NCBI GenBank assembly: GCA_002633005.1
Contig: NMRA01000431.1
Location: 1-59,758, forward strand
DNA length: 59,758 nt
Direction of reading: 5' to 3'
Source of the DNA: Phoronis australis
Taxonomy: Eukaryota; Animalia; Phoronida
Part shown: positions 54,467 to 59,758 of the stretch, in pieces
How positions within the stretch are numbered: position 1 is the first letter of the stretch
Layout of the letters: each line of letters begins with the position of its first letter
The notes under the pieces: generated by a model
The model's database searches: none
What the model saw: the letters and a program-made list of their open reading frames with translations, nothing else
What the model was told of the DNA's origin: nothing
Made by a program: the position numbers and the translations under genes

Positions 54467-57400
54467 ATATAGTAAGTTTCCTGAAATGGCGGCTGATTTC
54501 ACGATGCGCGTGGCTAAAGTGGACCGCGTTTGGAACGGCGTAGATATAGACTCGAGTAATTGAGGGTCGTGAAAAGGATTTGTACGGATAGCCAGATGTC
54601 TGAGGAATGCAGCGATACCAAAATCATTCAAAGGGCTTCACTTCAGCCGTCCATAGCAAACACAAAACTCAATAAATTTACACAAAACAGAGATTTAACA
54701 AACCGTGAGGAATTGTTCTTTCTTCCAATGCCATTTACAGTGTCCTGCTCCACTGAGTTTGCAACAAATTCGCGGTCAAAGCACAAAAATCTTCCCAAAA
54801 AGTCACTGTGTATTAGAATTATTCCCAGTGTTCTCCACGACCACTTTTGACGTGTCGCAGCGTCCTGTTTAGCCGAGCGCGCGTCCTGTTTAAATGTCCC
54901 GCGTCCTGTTTAAAAATCCTGCGACCAGTTTAAAAATATAGGGACTACTTTGTAAAAAAGGCGTTATCGTCGTTAATAAGTTCTTCACTGGTTCAAATTA
55001 CGCTTGACAGCAACTGGCCATAGCCCATTGAAACTGAACAAAGTAACAGTAATGGATGTGGGAACGAGTTCAATGAAGAAAGTGACGAACAATGACAAGA
55101 ACATAGCATATATTTATGTTAGTTAAACGTATCCATGCATTGTCTGCTGGTTACAAACCGAAACGCAAGTTAACTCTGACACGTTTATTTCCATATTAAC
55201 TGAAAGCTCAGTTTCAACATGAAAACTTCGATTGAACAATTACCCAAAATAGATTACAAAGACAATCATGATAACAAAACGAGTAGTTTCTCATCGACTC
55301 GTGATCCCCATTTGTCGTCCTGGTTGTCGTCTGAATTGTTGAAGAAGCGCTGTCGCTCTACATGTTTAGGCCTACTGCAAACGATGGGAATGCGTCGACT
55401 AGTACAGTGCTGCGCGGCTGAAGACACGATTAACTAACATATTGTATATATAAGGGCGTTGTCTAGAAAGCAAATGCAATTTTAAATGCTACCAACATCA
55501 AATTCACCCTACCGTTTTTTTACAATTAAAACCTTTCTCATCCACAGCCTTTGAAATGCTCGATGTTAACTCAGTGATACACTGGCGCGTCTTCATGCAA
55601 CTGAGGTGACCTAACACATCTGGGTTCGCTTACGTTTTTAACCACAGTGAAAACTCTGACTTGTGAAATCTGTTTGTGGAAGAAATGAAACTGATAATCG
55701 TTAACATTTTCTGATAATCTGCGTGGGAGATAACAGAGCCGTTTCTTCTTTTCGTCACCAGTTTAGCGCCGTCCATGGTCGTCACCAATTTCGCGCAGCT
55801 CAGTCTCCCTCAGTCACTACTAATTTACGCCGCCACCTCCCCCCCCTCGGCCTCCTGCTGCACACCAATGTCGATTTTGTGCCACTAATTCTAAGGGAGC
55901 CTGCTAGGTGCAACCCCCTGCCAAGACCGTTGTTGCGCACGTTGATATAATAGGCTACTGGGCAGATCACGACTGTTGGAAGAATCGACTAGTGACGACC
56001 TGAAAAGAAAAACGAAAGCACTCAATTTGGGACAGGTGAACTCATGAAGGACGTTAACCAGGCAATTCAAGAACCGGTCTACTAGTTATATACTTAATTT
56101 TCTTTCTTAAAATATATTTAACCAATTACAATTCATCTATGTCGACCGTTTTCATTTCATTGCGTCATATATTTGCTACAGTTACGGAAAATAGTTCTTC
56201 CCACAGGTCTCTGCTGACGGACACTACACACTTCTGCTAAAATTTAAAGTATGAACAGTCGCGAGTTTACTGAAGTCTCATTATAAGTACAGAAATGTTG
56301 TTGAAGAATAACAGTGACTATCTGAAGACAGGAATACATAACAAAATAAAATATGGAAACACCAAACAAAAATCAAAACAACACTTACCTGTTGCAATGA
56401 CGCCTAAAAGCGAACGTACTGACCGACTTGCATGAACGGAATGTTAGTTGAACATGTTAGTAGAACAAAACTGTCTCAATGAAATTTTCATGGTTTACAG
56501 GTTTAAGAAGATCCACCGTTGATTTCCGTATATAAGTCCAGCAGAATATATGGCCAATTTGCGTATCTTAAGTTTTTCCCTAAAATATGCCTGGGATGCA
56601 TATCTGAGAATAAAAATGCATGCTTGAAATCTAAAAATAATGCTATTTCCACTAGGATGTAATTAGGGTATCAGTATTTATACTGTGTTCGTGTATTCGG
56701 CATTGCTGAGTATAGGCCCTGGTGTATTTTTACATAAGATGTTTGGTTTCCCCAACTTATATACGGAAATTGTTGGTAATACTTAACAAAATTATTTACC
56801 CTTGCTGCAAGTAAGGCATCACCTCTGGTAAAAATAGAACAATAATAATTAGCAATGAAACAGTCAACACAGTTAAACACACTTACAGCTGAAATGCCTC
56901 TAAAACTATATTAAGTAATACAAAAAACATGGTCTGTAGTTTAAGATCACGTTTCTTTTTTGTCGCAAAACTATCAACTGAAGGCGGTAACATGGACAAG
57001 AAGACAAGGTCCTGTGGAAAGTAGATATGGAACTCCGGGCCGGAAACACCTATCAGGTTCCAAGCCCGTTGCATCGGACTCCAGGTCCTGTATTCTTGTT
57101 AGCCTACCCCTAGGATCACAAGAAGCAACGACTACCAAATCGGATTCAACTGACTTGTCATTTTTCGAAATGATTGGTGGAGGATTTTCTTAGCTGCCGC
57201 AGACAGAGTGCCACAGGGTCCCGGTGTCTTTGTCGGGATTCATCTTAATCTCGGGACACCATGGAGTTCAGGGTGTTGTACCTCAGACGGTACAGGGTGT
57301 GAATTAACAAGACCACAAGTGCACAGACCAGTGGATGAGCAAGCAAAATTGGGTCGCCGCAAGTTAAATCTTTTTTAGGTTTACATCTGGGGTAAAGCTC

Positions 57401-58589
57401 GTAACGCTAGAACTTCGCTAAAAACCAAGAATTCATGAAATTACGTGATGTGTTGTGTTTTTTAATTGAAAGTGGGATTTTGGCTAGATTTTTGTATTTC
57501 CCAAGACAGTTACTGAACTCTACCCTAGTCTGCGACCAGGGGCGCAAGGGTGAGAATCTCACGAACACGCTAGACTGAAGACGTCAAGACGTATGGTGAG
57601 GCATTGCAAACGAAGCACACGATCACACTATTTTCTTCAGCGAGATTCTTGCATATGCGATGCTTATCAGAGAGCAACAGACAATTTGTAAGGGTAGTGA
57701 AACGTGGTTACGTGGATGTACATTAGTTTTTGATATGTGTTATAGCACACCGGCACTTACACAACATAGGACAGGGATGCAATGTCTCTGTAACAATTGC
57801 GTGTGCGCCGCGCCCCTTTCTGAGTGCTGGGCCTTGCACTATGTTTGATTTTTAACCAGCTTTACTTTGGCTCCGTCTCATTCGGCTGCTGCTGTTCACT
57901 ATCTAAACTACAGTACATTGAACGCGCGATATCCTACGGACAGACTCAGCTGTGGCCTATTGTGTATGGGGGCCTAAACAAAAAATATTTCTCATCACGT
58001 CAAGAATAAAATCCGGACACGTCGTCGGGAGATTTTAGCCACTAACAAGGGCATTTGCAAAGGTCAGGACGTTTTAAAAATAAAAACGTTTCGTAAACAC
58101 GCAAGTTGATGTCAGGCGTGCAAGTTCAATGTCACAGTCGGAAGTCGAACAACACGGTCTAATTAAACCAGAGCACATGTTACGCTACAACGAAAAACTG
58201 CAGCCTTCGGTGTATTTCCCATCTGTATTTTCATCAGAAATTTTCGTTATGCTGAACTCGGTAATTCTTTTCATAGCTAAAGCGCCAAACACAAGCTAAA
58301 CGCAAGACAATCGAGTAACGGTCGTGACATCGTCAAGACAAGGTAAAAATTACAAACCCGTTATACCGATTCTCGGACTCAAGCCTTATACAGTAGTAAT
58401 CATCCGTTGAACGCTTTAGTGACACGGGAGTTGCGTCGATCCCAAATTACCGTTTCTAAAATTTTCCTTGTTCGAAAGTCGCGGGACAAAATTCCGATGT
58501 TTATGACAATGTCCGAAATTCAAGGATGTTTGAAAAACAGTTTTTGAACCTTGTACGAATTTCGTGGACTATGAAAAACTCATTTCGGA

Positions 58590-59160
58590 AATATTTATTC
58601 TTGGTCGAAAATGGCGGGCCGTCCGAAAATCACGCGACTTTACCGTATATCAAACACTCTGTAGATTTCCATTTCAAAGTCATTGACTAAGCAAATGGGT
58701 TATGACATTATGCGATATGTTTGTAAAATAAGTCCAACTTTTAAAAATAAAAAGTTGAATACACACAGTTATTTGTTTGCACTACTGTGCATTACTATTA
58801 AAATGAGTGGGTAAAAATAAGGTGCACAAACAACTGCACACTAGCTTATGGAGAACATTGACCGCTTCGCGGTTCCGGCACGTTGCAGTTTTTACACGTG
58901 CGACCTGTGGAGAACACTGATTCCACACAGAAATTGCCGGTTTGTCGCGGAAGGTTTGACATCAATAAATCCACACTTAGCCAGACCATGTCGTAACCTT
59001 CCTTGGTGAACTGGCAATTGCCGTCTATTCGTAACTCATCGGATTATTCCGTACCCTACTTGACGTTTACCCTACTTGCATGAAGCATACTGCTAGTATG
59101 CAGCGACTTATTGAGATTTTTGAGTATTGACCGCGACTTTGTTGTGGTAGTGTTAGGTAA
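58590..59160 (+). promoter_or_regulatory. Candidate promoter and non-coding first exon of the SR gene
   Basis: CpG-rich; AAAATGGCGG (YY1-like) at ~58608; TTCCGG and CGGAAG (ETS-like); possible donor TAG|gtaaag at 59157. An upstream exon is implied because the ATG directly follows an acceptor. Confidence 0.35.
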
Positions 59161-59434
59161 AGTAATAATATAACTGAAATGTGAGGGATAATAACTGTCT
59201 GGAATTATTCATAATGAATGGCGGGAGATACACCACCTGTGTTAAATCAGAGAACTAAGGGTAACTCCCATGTTGAGAGTCAATTGGAAAGGTTAGTGGA
59301 GTTGCGATACAATTCAGTTCCTCATGGTTTTGGTTGGAAAATGAAAAAGTCTGTTCCAACTGACAATCATGTTAAATAACGAGTTTGCTTTTGTTTACAA
59401 ACTATGTATTGATGAGGAAGTGTTGTGCTTTCAG

Positions 59435-59554
59435 ATGAGCCGTGTTTATATTGGGAAGCTGCCGTACGATGTTCGAAATGATGATGTTGAGCGGTTCTTT
59501 AGGGGATACGGACGAGTCGTTGAAGTAACTTTAAAGAATGGCTACGGATTTGTG
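59435..59554 (+). CDS. First coding exon of an SR splicing factor of the SRSF4/5/6 (SRp55/B52) family, RRM1; rest of gene beyond right edge
   Basis: MSRVYIGKLPYDVRNDDVERFFRGYGRVVEVTLKNGYGFV with RNP2 VYIGKL and RNP1 KNGYGFV; tttcag|ATG acceptor and GTG|gtgagt donor. Confidence 0.93.
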
Positions 59555-59587
59555 GTGAGTGTTTGGTGTTTCACCTTCATCTACCCA

Positions 59588-59758
59588 CCGTTCTAGTGCA
59601 TCATTGCCTTACTGCTCAGCCCTACCGTTCTAGTGCATCATTGCCTTACTGCCCAGCCCTACCATTCTAGTGCATCATCGCCTTACTGCCCAGCCCTACC
59701 GTTCTAGTGCATCATTGCCTTACTGCCCAGCCCTACCGTTCTAGTGCATCATTGCCTT
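59588..59758. repeat. 37-bp minisatellite in the SR-gene intron, runs off the window
   Basis: CCGTTCTAGTGCATCATTGCCTTACTGCCCAGCCCTA. Confidence 0.96.

Noticed and set aside
54858-54945. GCGTCCTGTTTA repeated 3-4 times
   Set aside because: Looks like subterminal repeats of a transposon end, but I found no matching opposite end or TSD.

Overview
Animal (probably invertebrate) genomic DNA with many introns and repeats. The left ~33 kb holds the 5' part of an INO80 chromatin-remodelling ATPase gene on the minus strand. I traced 25 coding exons by hand, all GT-AG and phase-compatible, giving about 1049 aa; the gene continues off the left edge. About 26 kb of transposon-rich intergenic DNA follows, then the first coding exon of a divergently transcribed SRSF4/5/6 (SRp55/B52)-type splicing factor at the right edge. 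The most notable non-genic features are: (1) a complete 521-bp TRIM whose LTRs carry a tRNA-like Pol III A/B-box cassette (Helenus/Cassandra-type), plus a solo LTR of a sister family; (2) a decayed Penelope-like element with a GIY-YIG remnant and inverted arms, each with a minimal hammerhead motif, next to a near-perfect 33-bp satellite; (3) tandem duplications that copy both splice sites of one INO80 exon; (4) nested Helentron-type, hAT-like, mariner-like and Harbinger-like non-autonomous elements and a 5'-truncated LINE. The long ORFs at 16.5-17.8 kb are satellite artefacts. Coordinates were read by eye.
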